Assembly (NCBI RefSeq): GCF_001194135.2
Contig: NC_068983.1
Span: 2,639,548 to 2,686,662 of the forward strand
DNA length: 47,115 nucleotides
Source: Octopus bimaculoides
Taxonomy: Eukaryota
Direction of reading: 5' to 3'
The position numbers and the translations under genes were made by a program. Below, in pieces: positions 23,503 through 36,039 of this stretch. The notes below the pieces were generated by a model. That model worked only from the letters and a program-made list of their open reading frames with translations, was not told the DNA's origin and ran no database searches. The stretch's first letter is position 1; the number at the start of each line of letters is the position of its first letter.

Positions 23503-24121
23503 ATCTCTCTTTCTCTCTTACTCTCAGTCCCAACATATGCAGCATTCTCGTAAATTCAGAGCTATTTGTAACATTCATTCCTGCAGCTAAAGGAGATAGA
23601 CAGGTTGTTTTCTCTCTCTATTCTTCGACAACAATCTTTACTCGCTTTTCTACCAAATATAGATATTTATCCTGATAAAATTCTATTCCTATGTTGCGAC
23701 CAGTTGTAACCTTATCTCGGTGTCAGGGATAATTACTCGAATACAGATTCAGGACATCAGCAAAGAAAAAGGTGTTGACATTAATTTTCCTGTCCTCTGT
23801 AGAACCTTATCTGTAGACTTTGAAATATCCTTAACTTGACGGTTAAGTTGGCAGGACCAAAAGAATTATAGACGAAATATCAGCTGGGAATATTCTTGAA
23901 AATAAACTAATTTTGTCTTTATAATAGTAACTTCCGTTCTTATTGTTGCCAGCTTTTTCAATGGCGTCAGCTCTAACAGATGGAAACTTGGCAAGATGTA
24001 GCGTCTCTAATATAAAAAGTAGGACAGAATGAAACACATTCTAAAAGTAAAACTTTACAATTAGTAAATATCAGCGATGTTGAAGTGGTTTCTCTTTCTT
24101 AAAGACAGGGTGTTTTGCTTT

Positions 24122-24192
<71 letters not shown>

Positions 24193-24199
24193 AAGTAAG

Positions 24200-24910
24200 C
24201 GCTGCAACAGCACCTTGCTGCATCCACCATTTGTTAGCGACTCCTTACTCCTGGCGGATGAAACCTTCACACCACTCAAGGGGCAACCTCCAATCCTTGG
24301 TTCTGTTTATTTAGTCATTGCTGGGGAGGGTTTTACGAGGTTGGAATGCAAATCCAATCTGAACCTCTTTCAGTCGCCTTTTACGACTCACAGAAGAATT
24401 CTTTGACATACCGGTCCCCCACTTAGCACACATTCAGAAGTTATTCAATACAATCCCAGATTTCTTAACCTTTTTCCTGTCTGCGAATCAGACACATTCT
24501 AGCTTTCGCTTCTTAGATAAGAGTGATGTTCGTACAACCCTCTGACTAAGTTGGCACATTGATCTCAACACCTATATTTTTAACAGATTGCTGAAGCCTT
24601 TACTGTAGAAAGTGATCTTCCCCTCCCAGTAACCCATAATTAAATCCTTCTCCAGCGATTTACCATACAACCTCGACCGCCAGTAAATCTTCACTCTTAG
24701 CGCGATATGATTTAAGAAATATATTCTTTACTTGTTTCAGTCATTTGAGTGCGGCCATGCTGGAGCACTACCTTTAGTTAAACAAATCGACCCCAGCACT
24801 TATCCTTTGTAAGCCTAGTACATATTCTATGTGGACTCTTTTGCCGAACCGCTAAGTTACGAGGACGTAAACACACCAATATCGGTTGTCAAGCAATGGT
24901 GGGGGTACAA

Positions 24911-24941
<31 letters not shown>

Positions 24942-26150
24942 GAAATACACACACACACATATATATACGACGGGCCTCTTTCAGTTTCCGTCTACCAAAT
25001 CCACTCACAAGGCTTTGGTCGGCCCGAGGCTATACTAGAAGACACCTTCCCAATGTGCCACGCAGTGGGACTGAACCCGGAAAATGTGGTTATGAGGCAA
25101 GGTTCTTACCACACAGCCACTCCTGCGTCAATATTGAACAATATTTACTCTGTATTCCATTTAACCGTATTGCATAATAGTCGTGTTCTGTGTCTGCATT
25201 TCAGACAACCTTCCTTCCACCAGAATAACCCTAAATCATCCTTGGGAAGAGCATCTGCAAACTTAATGGAATGAAAATCTATATCGAGATATACGGTTTG
25301 TTGAATTACTGCAAATCCACGGCTTCTACTTCGAAGTTCCTTACTCTTTCACAAAACATTTTACTGATGTGGTTTATGTGGGTCTCTCTTGCGTAGGTGT
25401 CGCTTGTCGACAATTCCTGTACCAATTGAAGAGTTTACCATAAAGTCACAGATGTTGGTTCCTGGATTTATTATTCACTTTGGAATCAAATAATTCTGCC
25501 TAATTATCCGATTGTTTTTTTTTTTCTGAATATAAGTTCTTTTTGGGAGAAAGCAGTCCATCTTGGTTGTGCAATGATCGATATCAGTTATTCCCATCTG
25601 TTGGCAAATAATAATAATTATAATACAATATTGTAGGGAATTTCAACGTAAACAATCTGGGAACATCAGTTGATGGTAGTTCTTTATTAACTGGATCGAT
25701 CACAGATAATATCAAATCAATAACTTTTCCATCGATATCTGTCATAATCATTCTTCCAATAACTTGTTGATGTAAATCGTGAAATTTTCAAACTTTACTG
25801 TTTTAATTATTTTACATCCTTCATTCTTTGAACATGTTTAGAAGCTGTCGCTACTTGTCCGTGCGATGGCTAATGTCCGATTTCTGGGTTACTGTCGTTG
25901 TTTTGGTTTTGGTCCAAGACGTTATTTTTTCTAAAATTTCTTCGAGGGACAATTTTGATCGTTTTCATTTCTCTACTTTTTTTTACGCTTAGTGTTGCTG
26001 GGTGAAATAGCATTTTTTTTTTTTTTTTGAAGAAAATATCTTACTGTTGTAATTTCTTGCAATTAAAAGTTGAAGAGTTGGGACGACTTACTCTGCAGTA
26101 GTTCTTCATCTTTAGAATAATTCTATAGAATTGGTACATGTCTTATTTCA
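24200..26150 (-). mobile_element. Degraded Tx1/L1-like LINE (ORF1 and start of endonuclease), interrupted by a SINE
   Basis: Fragments IDPVNKELPSTDVPRLFTLKFPT and VILVEGR plus a decayed Cys/His knuckle (about 25180-25240), comparable to the ORF1 knuckle at about 43300; many stops and frameshifts. Confidence 0.4.
24719..25128 (-). mobile_element. tRNA-derived SINE, family B, full length, with a central (TG)/(TA) microsatellite
   Basis: Reverse complement: head gcaggagtggctgtgtggtaag..gggttcagtccc; body caaagccttgtgagtggatttggtagacggaaactgaaag; tail ctccagcatggccgcactcaaatgactgaaacaagtaaag. Confidence 0.92.
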
Positions 26151-27093
26151 ATTCGAAAGTTCCCTGCAATTTCCCTTAAAAGTTCCGTAGCAGATCCTGG
26201 TTTCACTATCTACCGACAATTTACCAGATCTAATTTACCAATCAATTCCATATTGTGTGTACACACACACTGAAGGAAAACATTGACAGTGACTTTGAGT
26301 AAGTTGAAACTTCGAAGTTACTGTCGGCGATTTCGAAGTTCACGAAAATAGGTGACAGAATGAAGGAATGGTGGGTTGAAACCGGCTTGGCAGCCGCAGC
26401 AGCGTTATTCACGTTTGTAGGATCAGCAACAGAAGTAGCAGAGAACAAGAGAAAGTTGAGAGGCGGACAGAAAGAAAAGTAATGGGGGGGGGGCTTGAAA
26501 GACTACCAGTGAGAAGAAATAAAAGAAGAAAGAGTCAAAAGAGAAAGGAAGTTAGAGTTAGAGTGAAAGGAAGCGTAAGATTCAAAGAAATCAGGGGATA
26601 GAGAGAAACAAAGAAAGGGTTAGAAATGGGGATTTGATAGAGTGGCCAAAGTGAGATAGGTAAAACACCCGTAGATGAGCAATAGTAGTAGTAGTAGTAG
26701 GAGTAGTAGTAGTAGCAGTAGTAGTAGTGGTGGTGGTGTTGGTGGGATGTGTGCCTTAGAAATCTAGAAGTGGATGTCGAAGTAGAAGGTGGATGAAACT
26801 TAATGAAGAAGAGCGATAATACATGGAACACCTCTCATCAGCAACGGAGACAACAATCAACGTAGTTTCGTCGCGCAGAAATTCGAAGAATTCAAATTCC
26901 ATTCTACAATTCTTCGGAGTGATGGAGGCGGCAAATCTGAAAAAGACAAATTCTAAAATGTAGAGGCGACCAAAATACGAGAGACGATATACGTGTGTGT
27001 GCAACAGTGTGCGTGTATGTGCGCGCGCGAGCGAGAACGCATGTGTATATAAATTTTTTTGTGTATTTGTGTGCGCACGTGTATGTGTGCGTA

Positions 27094-27135
<42 letters not shown>

Positions 27136-27734
27136 TATATATTTATATATACACATATATACATGCATATACGTCGATAGGTAATAATGTATGTAGTTAG
27201 CCTGGTAGGTAGGTAGGTAGGTAGGAAGGTAGGTAGGTAGGTAGGAAGGTAGGTAGGTAGGTAGGAAGGTAGGTATGCAGGTGTGAACAATCTGGATGTT
27301 TAAGGAAGGTCGTCTTCTATCTTTATAGATTGCAATTATACCATCGATAATTCTATTGTGAAACGTTCATCTTTAATTATCTAAAAACCTACATTTAATT
27401 GTCTAATTACACTGATGAAATGGAAATTATATTTACCATTAACAGGCAATGGTGATATAGCAGCGATGGCGGCGGATGGGGTTGCTGTAAAGTGTAATAG
27501 AAATGCATTGGGATAACAACAACAACAACGATTATAATTATAATAATTAGACTTGCATTTCGATGTTGATGGAGACGGTGTTGGTGACATGGTTGCCAGT
27601 GGCGGGAAGGATGTATTGTGGTAATATCGTTGGCCGGAAGTCGTGTCGTTGTCTGACAGTGGTGACGACTTTGTTGATGGTGACTGTTGTCTTGCCAACA
27701 CTGTTATTTGTTTAATTTCACGGCTGATGATGTT

Positions 27735-28150
27735 GAAGTTTGTGTTGTTTATCCCTAAATCATTCCTGATCAATCACAAGTATTACCAAAAGCGCTCCAT
27801 CCATGACTGTCTTACCCATTTTCATATACGCGGAGAACTGCCACCCGTATTCTCCAGCTTGTCTTGTTTTCAAGACGGTGGATGCGGATTAAGAGAATTT
27901 AGCAGTCATTTCTAGCAATCAAAGAGTCTACGATGAGGCTTCATGATTGTCGATGGATGTGTAGACCACAAAATGGCTGTTTTATCGTTATTACAGAGAT
28001 CGGTGGTATTGATGAGGCTGGGTTGTCATTATTTAACCCTAGGTCATCCCTGATCAAATCAACCTGACATTAATATCATGAATCTTTCCTGTTTTGTAAA
28101 GACAGTATGCAGCTTGTAGGTGATTTGGCTGCTATTTCTAGAAAATCTGG
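27735..28150 (+). mobile_element. Fragments of another interspersed repeat family
   Basis: Duplicated motif tttaaccctaggtcatccctgatcaa (28030) and tttatccctaaatcattcctgatcaa (27745); (g)gctgctatttctag motif at 27905 and 28125. Confidence 0.5.
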
Positions 28151-29097
28151 CGATAAGGTGCAGTGTCCCCTTTTTTCCGCGTTGTGTTGGATGGAAAAGT
28201 TTCTGTTGGTCGATAATTTCGGACGGAGAATAATAATGGTTTCTATGGTGCTTGGAGGAGATGGCGCCAATTAATTGGTAGAAAGGTATAATAATGAGGA
28301 CAGATTGTTATGGTTGTGGTGGCAGTGGTGATGGTGGTAGCGGTTGCAGTGGTGGTCGTGGTGGTGGCGGTTCTGGCGGCGGTGGTAGGTGATGATTGTG
28401 GTGGCGGTGGAGTTGTGCTGGTGATGGTGGTCGTGGTGGCGGGACTGGTGGTATGATGGGAGTGTTTTTCGAATCAATGAGTTACACAAAAGTATATCAG
28501 AATCGAAAAGAGGCCATTTATTAAAATCTGATTGTAATTAGAAACAAATCAAATAAGTTTATTTCTTAACTCTATTTTATTTTAAAATTTTAATTTTGGA
28601 AATTAATTCCAATAACATAGAATATCAATTTAGAAAACTATCATTTCCCAACGATTCCTTTCATATTCCGTTCTGTAATTTGCCTTTTTTCACCATTTTT
28701 AAATGCATCGACACTAAGAAATTATTTCTTTACTGTGGCATATTGGAAGCGATTTACCAATTATTTCATTTCTTAAAGTGTTACTTCTCCATTCTTTTGT
28801 TTCATTTCAAAGGTTTCGCCTACTCGCTACTTCCGCACTTAAACCAATTTCAATTTAACACTATTTCAATTTAGTTCACATTAGCAACCAATGTTGCCGC
28901 CGCTGCTTCTATTCAAGTACAACTCAACTGTTCTGCCTTTCAGCTTCTCTCGCAGCAGCCCACTCTATCTCCCTCTTTCTCTCTCTTTTTCACTCTCCCC
29001 TTCTCTCCCTCTCTTTCTATTCATTAATCTCTCTATTGTCTATCTCCCATCTCTCTCTTTCTCTCTACTTCTCCCTCTCATCTCTCTTACTCTCTTA

Positions 29098-29133
<36 letters not shown>

Positions 29134-29732
29134 ATCTATCTATTTGTGATTAACTTTCTCTGTAGCTCTTTATCCTTCTCTCTCCATTTCCTTCTCTCTC
29201 TCTCTTTCTCTCTCTCTCTCCCTCCCCCTCTCTCTCTCTCTTACACACATTGTAGTAACTCATATCTAGACAGACACATACGACGCGCACAAGCGTACAA
29301 ACACACAGAATCATACACACATATATCGCTTGTTTAGCAGGTTTATCTTCACGAGTCCACTAAACATGCAATGAATAAAGGACTTAATACAGGTGCTAGA
29401 CTAACAATTAAATATTATTATTACTATCGATGGTGACTGTCTACATCCTAGTTTCAGCGATACCAGCTTCTCCAAAACAGTGTTTGGTCAGACAAAAAAT
29501 TCTCTTGATATGGAGGAAGAAAAATTACAGAAAGTAGATGTGCTGGATGAAATTAGTAAAGAAAACAAGGTCGGGCTGCAAGATGGATGAAAATTAGAGA
29601 AATATCTTCATGCTGAGCGTTTGCAAAAAAAAAAAAAAAATTTATTTTTCCTCCAATTTCTTATTGTCTATACATATCTAGATACATACATGTACACTTA
29701 CATATATACACATATATGAATGTATATACATG

Positions 29733-29960
29733 CGAGGGTATGTCAAAGATTATACTCACTCTGGTTCTCGTACATTATTAAAACAAAAGTAGAAGTTGAA
29801 CAATTACATTATACTCCGACATTGTCTCTTTGCTTTTCGATGCACTTTTTCCAACGGTGAAGACGGTTTTTTAACTGGTCACGCAGCCATCTATGCACCG
29901 CTTTCCGCGCTTCTACTTAGCAAAACGACGTCCTCGTAATGAATTTCACACACTTTCATA
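29733..29960 (-). mobile_element. mariner 3'-terminal remnant, third family
   Basis: Minus strand EARKAVHRWLRDQLKNRLHRWKKCIEKQRDNVGV* resembles the mariner C-terminus RWxKCIxxxGDYVEK. End sequence cgagggtatgtcaaa resembles CGAGGG-type mariner terminal repeats. Confidence 0.65.
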
Positions 29961-30099
29961 TCAGAGAAATCGGACCATCGATTCCTTTTCTCCCGTGGAG
30001 AGGCCATGTTTACTCAGTGAAACAAGAACGAAAACTGGACCGATTATGGTCAAACGTCGGTTACATAGACACCAGAGTCTTCCCTTTAGCATAGAAGCC

Positions 30100-30188
30100 C
30101 TGAATCAAGAACACAGCACACAGCCCGGTCCGGGAATCGAACTCACTACCTCATGATTGTGAGTTCGACGCTCTAACTATTGAGCCAT
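30100..30188 (-). mobile_element. Family C SINE head
   Basis: Reverse complement atggctcaatagttagagcgtcgaactcacaatcatgaggtagtgagttcgattcccggacc contains A and B boxes. Confidence 0.75.
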
Positions 30189-30199
30189 AATATATATAT

Positions 30200-30251
<52 letters not shown>

Positions 30252-31187
30252 GTATGTATGTATGTATGTATGTATGTATAAATTCTTATGCAGCATATAG
30301 AACCTAGAAGCAAATTTCAACAACATTTATATTGTTCATATTTATTTTCTTTATATTCCCTGCCTCTGTTTTCCCATCAAATCTAAACTTTGAAGTTTTA
30401 AGAATCACACAAAAATTGAGAGTTTTCTGAGAGCGAAATGAACTCAAGAAAAGATGGCATAAAAATTCTTGCTGTGTGAAAGTTGCGTGTTAATTTCTGA
30501 AGTAACTTTGTCATTTCTTTCCGATTGAATGAAGTGTGGGTGATTAAACCGAAACTGGCATTTCACTAATTCTCATTGATTAACTTAAAGTGTTAAAATG
30601 TAATTAGTTTCAACAAAGTGGAATTTGAGATATGAAATTTACCAAATTAGATTGCAACACTATGGATTCTAATATTCTGTTGCTTTGGTAATTTCTGTCT
30701 TTGAACGTCACACAAAAATAGATTATTGTACCATTTCGTCTCAGAACAGAGAATCAGAGATGCGTTTCCGGCATCTTTATCCAGTTGCTATTAGGAAACA
30801 TGGAAGTGTAATGTTCACACCTTTCGAGTGAGTGTTTTAGAGGTGTCAGGGAAGTGAAAAGAGACGAAACGATGGAAGCGGGTCGCCGACAGCTCATCTC
30901 CATGATCTTACCGTTCGCAGACATTTCATTGCCTTGACCAGAATTACAAGAAAATGACCTTGAGAGGTTGAAAATAGCGGTATTAGCACAATATACTAAG
31001 CTTCTCGGATGGGAATCCCAAAAAGCAGCTCGTGCTTCGGTTCTCACATGTTGGTTTATCCGGTTTGAGATTTCTTTTGAGGTTTACTGAATTAAAACAG
31101 CGAATATACGATATCGTGTAAATAAGGGGACAAATGGAGAGGCAGACACGAAATGATGGTTTGTATATTTCGTTAGTATAAAGTTAA

Positions 31188-31495
31188 AAAGGCGACGAGC
31201 ACTGGCGTCGAGGTAATCGACTTACTCTCTCCCCGGAAATTGCTGGCCTTGTGCCAAAATTTAAATTAAATTTTGTTCATTAAAGGCGGCGAACTGACAA
31301 AAATCGTTATCATGCCGGACGAAATGCTAGGCAGCATTTCGTCCGTCTTTACGTTTTGAATTCAAGTTCCATAGAGGTCGATTTTGCTTTTCATCCTTTC
31401 GGGGTCGATAAAATAAGTACCAGTTGAACACTGGAGTCGATGTAATTGATTTACTCCTCCCCCAAAATTACTGGCCTTGTGCCAAAATTAGAAGC
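31188..31495 (+). mobile_element. Two family A SINEs: head-tail fused copy (31188-31265) and full copy (31282-31495)
   Basis: aaggcgacgagc is joined directly to actggcgtcgaggtaatcgac..ggccttgtgccaaaattt; a complete copy follows. Confidence 0.85.
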
Positions 31496-32494
31496 CAATT
31501 TTATGGTAATTCTTAATTTCCCAGCAAAGTTAATATTTGATTCTTTTTTCTTTTTTTGCGGGGGTGGGTTCATTCTGAGTTGAAGTAAATAAATTTCATC
31601 TTCGTATATTGCAGTTGTGTCGTGAAGAAATTTGTATTTTAAAACCACCTGGTTTAAGGTTCGATCACAGGTACCGCGGGCAAATATTTTTTTTTTAAAT
31701 AAAATTTCAGCTCAACCGAAGACTTCTGATTGAAATTAGATCGACAGAAACTGTGCAGAATCCTGTCGAATGAGTCTCTTTTGTCATTAAATGCTAGACA
31801 TTATCCGCTGTCCGGCTTAACACCCTCGAATGCTCGGTAGGTACGTTTGGCAGAGTCCATTGTTTTGTAGATGTTTACTCTAGTTCTCCGCTCAAATGAT
31901 ACTTCCTCCCTTCCTGCGACCAGTCTTGGAATTATGGACTCTGTCCTCCATCTTAATCTTAAGCTTCTCTTGAAAAACAAACCTGAAACCAATGAGGACG
32001 ACACAGTTAAGAAAAAGCTCTGAAATCGCACACGATCCTTTCTTCCTCGTAAAACGATGTAACTTTCTACTTCAATCTCAAATCCGTACGCCGTTATTCG
32101 ACTATAGTCACCTTACAAGCATTAAATCATATATCATTGATTTATTGGAGCAGATTTCGTTAGTTTTAGACACAAAACTTCAAGTTCTGTGTAGATAAAT
32201 TACCCAAACAGCTCATGTATTTAATGTTTTCGCTTCCATTACATATTCGCTATTGGATGCATAAATCGTGTGACCGTTGTAATCTCGACATGAATTAAAA
32301 TCACATTCTTAACTAATTTATGTCAAGGAAGAATGAAACCGTAACGAACAGATGCTACGAAACGCTCACGATATATATTCGGTTGCCAGATAAATTCTTT
32401 CGCTTTTGAAGTCTTTTTTTGTTTCCTTTTGTTAAATCTTTCCAATGTTATTTGAATTAACGTAAAAATATTTTTATCGTAGTATTTTATAGAC

Positions 32495-32627
32495 TTGGCT
32501 GTGTAGTAAGAAGCTTGCTTGTCAACCGTATGGTTGGGTATTCTGAGCAAATTTCGTCTACTATAGCCCAGGGTCGACCAAAGCTTTGTGAGTGGATATG
32601 GTAGACAGAATCTGAAAGAAACCCATC

Positions 32628-32675
<48 letters not shown>

Positions 32676-33165
32676 NNNNNNNNNNGAGCATTGCGTTGTG
32701 TTCTTGGGCAGAGTACTTTATCTCGTGTTGCTCTGTGATCACTTCGACACCTGACGTATGGCACACCTGTGTGCACCTGTTCTCAAACAGCCGATTTGAC
32801 GGAGGAGAGAGTGAGTTAATGCACAGCACATACATTTGATCACAATAAACGAATAATTTGTTCAGGTCGTTCGGCAAAAAGGCTGAACGCTCTTATGTTG
32901 TCTTCGACGGGAGATTCCATCGTGTGTATGTATGCATGTGTGTGCGTGTCTTTGAGTCTGTGTTTGTCCCCCACCACCACTTGACAGCCGGTGTTTGCGT
33001 GTTTACGTCCCTGTAACCTAGTGGCTCGGCCAAAAGTACCAATAGAACAAGCACTAGGTAATAAAAATAAGTTTTGGAGCCGATTTATTCAAATAAAAAA
33101 TATTTCAGGCGATGCCCCAGCATGACCACAGTTTAATGAGTGAAACAAGTCAAAAATGAGAGATA
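32495..33165 (+). mobile_element. Family B SINE split at its central microsatellite by about 250 bp that includes a family C-like fragment
   Basis: 5' half 32495-32630 (ggctgtgtagtaagaagcttgctt..gaaacccatcgta); insert 32686-32915; 3' half 32940-33165 (tttgtcccccaccacc..ccagcatgaccacag..gaaacaagt). Confidence 0.8.
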
Positions 33166-33575
33166 AAAGATTAGTTTGAAGCTCCATTCTTCTTCGACAA
33201 CCTTTTTTTTTATATAGTTTTTACCTCTTTTTAGACATTTGACGGAGAACCAGATAGAAATAAACGAATGAATTTATCTGACGATTCAATCTATAACTCA
33301 GGAATCTGTAAAGTTTCCAATAATTCAGATCGATGTTGTAAAAGACGACATTCAAATTCATGTTGGCAGCAATTTTATAGCATTTTTATTTCTTTTTTAT
33401 TATTATTATTTGTTAGATATATTTTTTTACTTCTTTAACAAAGATTCAAACTATAAAATCAGCGATTCAACAGCAAAACATATCACAGCCTCGTTTCAGC
33501 GAACAGCTGTCAAATCATCAAAGTTAGCTACGTGATGATTTAGATGTTTTGTGAGTGTTAATAATAATAATAATA

Positions 33576-33607
<32 letters not shown>

Positions 33608-34129
33608 AATAATAATAATAATGACAACAACAACAACAGCAGCAGTAGCAATAAAACTCTGGAGCTATCTAATTTTCAGCGTAAACAGCAGTAACATTTC
33701 AAACAACCGACTCTCTGACACATATCATTTTTTTTTTCTTTCATTTTGCCGTATTTCAAAATCTATTTTAGAATATTTATTAATGAAGTTAAAATAACAA
33801 ATGAAAAGAAATTGAAAAAAAAAAAAAAAAAAATTATAGCCACGAACGTCTGCAACAGTTGCGCTGTCATTGATATCATTGACAGAAGGATTTTTTTTCA
33901 ATTTCAGAACCATATTTCCTTGATATTTTGATATTTCACAGATGGTATTGACACAACCTAAAATGATAAATTTAGTATCAGCAAACCTGTACGAATAGTT
34001 CTTATTGATAAGAGAAGGTAACACTTGAAATATAAAATTGATAAAAACTATTTATAGTCATATAAAATATTTCTCTTAACTTATCCTTAAATTTCTAACT
34101 GTTTAACACTAGTGTTTAAATGTTTGATA

Positions 34130-34830
34130 CTAGCGACTATATTCTATAGTTATCACTGTGATATTACTGTATACTGTATCCTAATCTTACCACAGTGATA
34201 TCACTGTGGTATCACTGTATTTTCTATAATTACCACAGTGATATTACTGTGGTACCATTATATCCTATAATTACCACAGTGATATTACTGCGGTATCACT
34301 GTATATTCTATAATTACCACAGTAATATCACTGTATATGCTATCGTTATCATTGAGATATCATTGCTACAGTTATCGTTATGATATCATTATATATGTTA
34401 TAGTTGTCACTGTGATATCATTGCACACGCCATAGTTATTGCAGTGATATCAATGTATATACATACTTATCGCTGTGATATATCTGCAAATAATATACTT
34501 ATCAATGATATCACTATATATGCGATAGCTATCATTATATTCCATACTTATTACTGCTTAAATTATAGCCATATCAGTGACATCACTATATTGTTATACA
34601 ATAGATATCACGGAGATAACGCTTTATATGCCACAATTATCACATTGGTGTCATGGAATATGCTATTTGCGTCACAGTTGTATCACTGCACATGCTATAG
34701 TTATCACACTGATATTTCTCTATGCGCTATAATTAGCACTATGATATTATTGTATATGCTATAGTTATCATGGTGATATAGTTATATATAATATAGTTAT
34801 CACAGCGATATCACTATATAATACAGATAT
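34130..34830. repeat. Decayed minisatellite of 30-43 bp units with a palindromic core
   Basis: Units accacagtgat(a/t)t(c/t)actg(t/c)ggta.. start at about 34189, 34231, 34272 and 34315. A perfect 22-bp palindrome, accacagtgatatcactgtggt, lies at 34189-34210. Confidence 0.85.
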
Positions 34831-35029
34831 CAAATACAGATAATGAATTCTTTCGAGTGGTATAATTGGGAACCTAAAGTATATTGTACGCTCAACAGGT
34901 CAGGGATTGTTTTTTAATTGCATGATTAGAGGTCCTCCTCTGACTACCAGTCAGTGAAAGGTCCATAAACATTTTCAGTATCTCAGTGTCTTGTAGAAAG
35001 GGATTATCCTTACACTGATGTGGCCTTAT

Positions 35030-35280
35030 TCCAATGTTTACATCAAAAGCAACTCTAATATAGTCATCCAGATGGTGGTGTTGAACCAGCCACCAAACTG
35101 CTTCTACATACCTGCCAGTCGCCAGTTTTTAATCAAAGCCTTGGAAGAATGGATCTTACTGAGGAAAACATTTGCCGAGAGTGTGATGTTGACGGTTCGA
35201 ACACCAGGATGTTATGAAACAAAGATAACTGCGGTTCCAAGCTTTCACCACCACACTACGATAGACACAAGGATTTAAGT
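35030..35280 (+). mobile_element. Possible LINE (I/R1/LOA group) C-terminal zinc-knuckle remnant
   Basis: FNQSLGRMDLTEENICRECD resembles LNxHLxRMGLxxxxxCRxC at LINE ORF2 ends. Confidence 0.4.
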
Positions 35281-35562
35281 CGTTCTTGGTAAAAGGATTA
35301 AAACTGATTAACACTGTTTTCTAAAGAACTACAGAGAAGAATATTGAGAAACCTCATGTAATTTGCTGTTTATGTTAAATTGTAGAGATTTCTTGAGCGT
35401 CGACGAGGAAAATGCTGGAATAGTGAAGCCAAACCAAGACAAATTATGAAAACGAATATAGTAGTTCTTAGTCTGTGACTGACAGATAACACAAAATGAA
35501 AATATTCTTTAGGTTTTGGCAATGATCTCTCTTTCACAATTTCTAATAATTAGTGCCAAAAG

Positions 35563-35616
<54 letters not shown>

Positions 35617-36039
35617 TATGTGCATGCATGCATGCATGTATGTATGTATGTATGTATGTATGTATGTATGTATGTATGTATGTATGTGTGTGTTTGTGTC
35701 TGCGTCTGTGTCTATGTCTACGTCTATGGGTATGTATGTATATATTGATACATACATATGCACACTTTGGTTTCCCTCTCCTGTTGGCGACGGAAATTGC
35801 AATAAATTAAGAATTAACCATTTATTCATATACAGCGTTCATGAATACCCTCAATGACTATATATATGTAAAAGGTACTGTTCCGTGATAGAAAATTCAA
35901 CAAAATGTACTCCATCTGGTGAGAGTGAGAGATATATTATTGATTTAAAGGACACTATACAGACATTATTTACATTATTTACAATTGACGGATATTTGTC
36001 CTCATCTTGTTTGTTGCATGATGAAATCCGTCATAAATA

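Noticed and set aside
23843-24037. 64-aa minus-strand frame behind a good acceptor
   Set aside because: No usable donor and no recognisable motif; length is within chance expectation.
27381-27773. 130-aa Ser/Thr/Pro-rich ORF
   Set aside because: It starts inside a repeat fragment and continues through decayed CAC/CAT/TTG trinucleotide sequence.
34189-34330. CRISPR-like palindromic repeats
   Set aside because: Eukaryotic context, adjacent units without unique spacers and no cas genes; this is a minisatellite.
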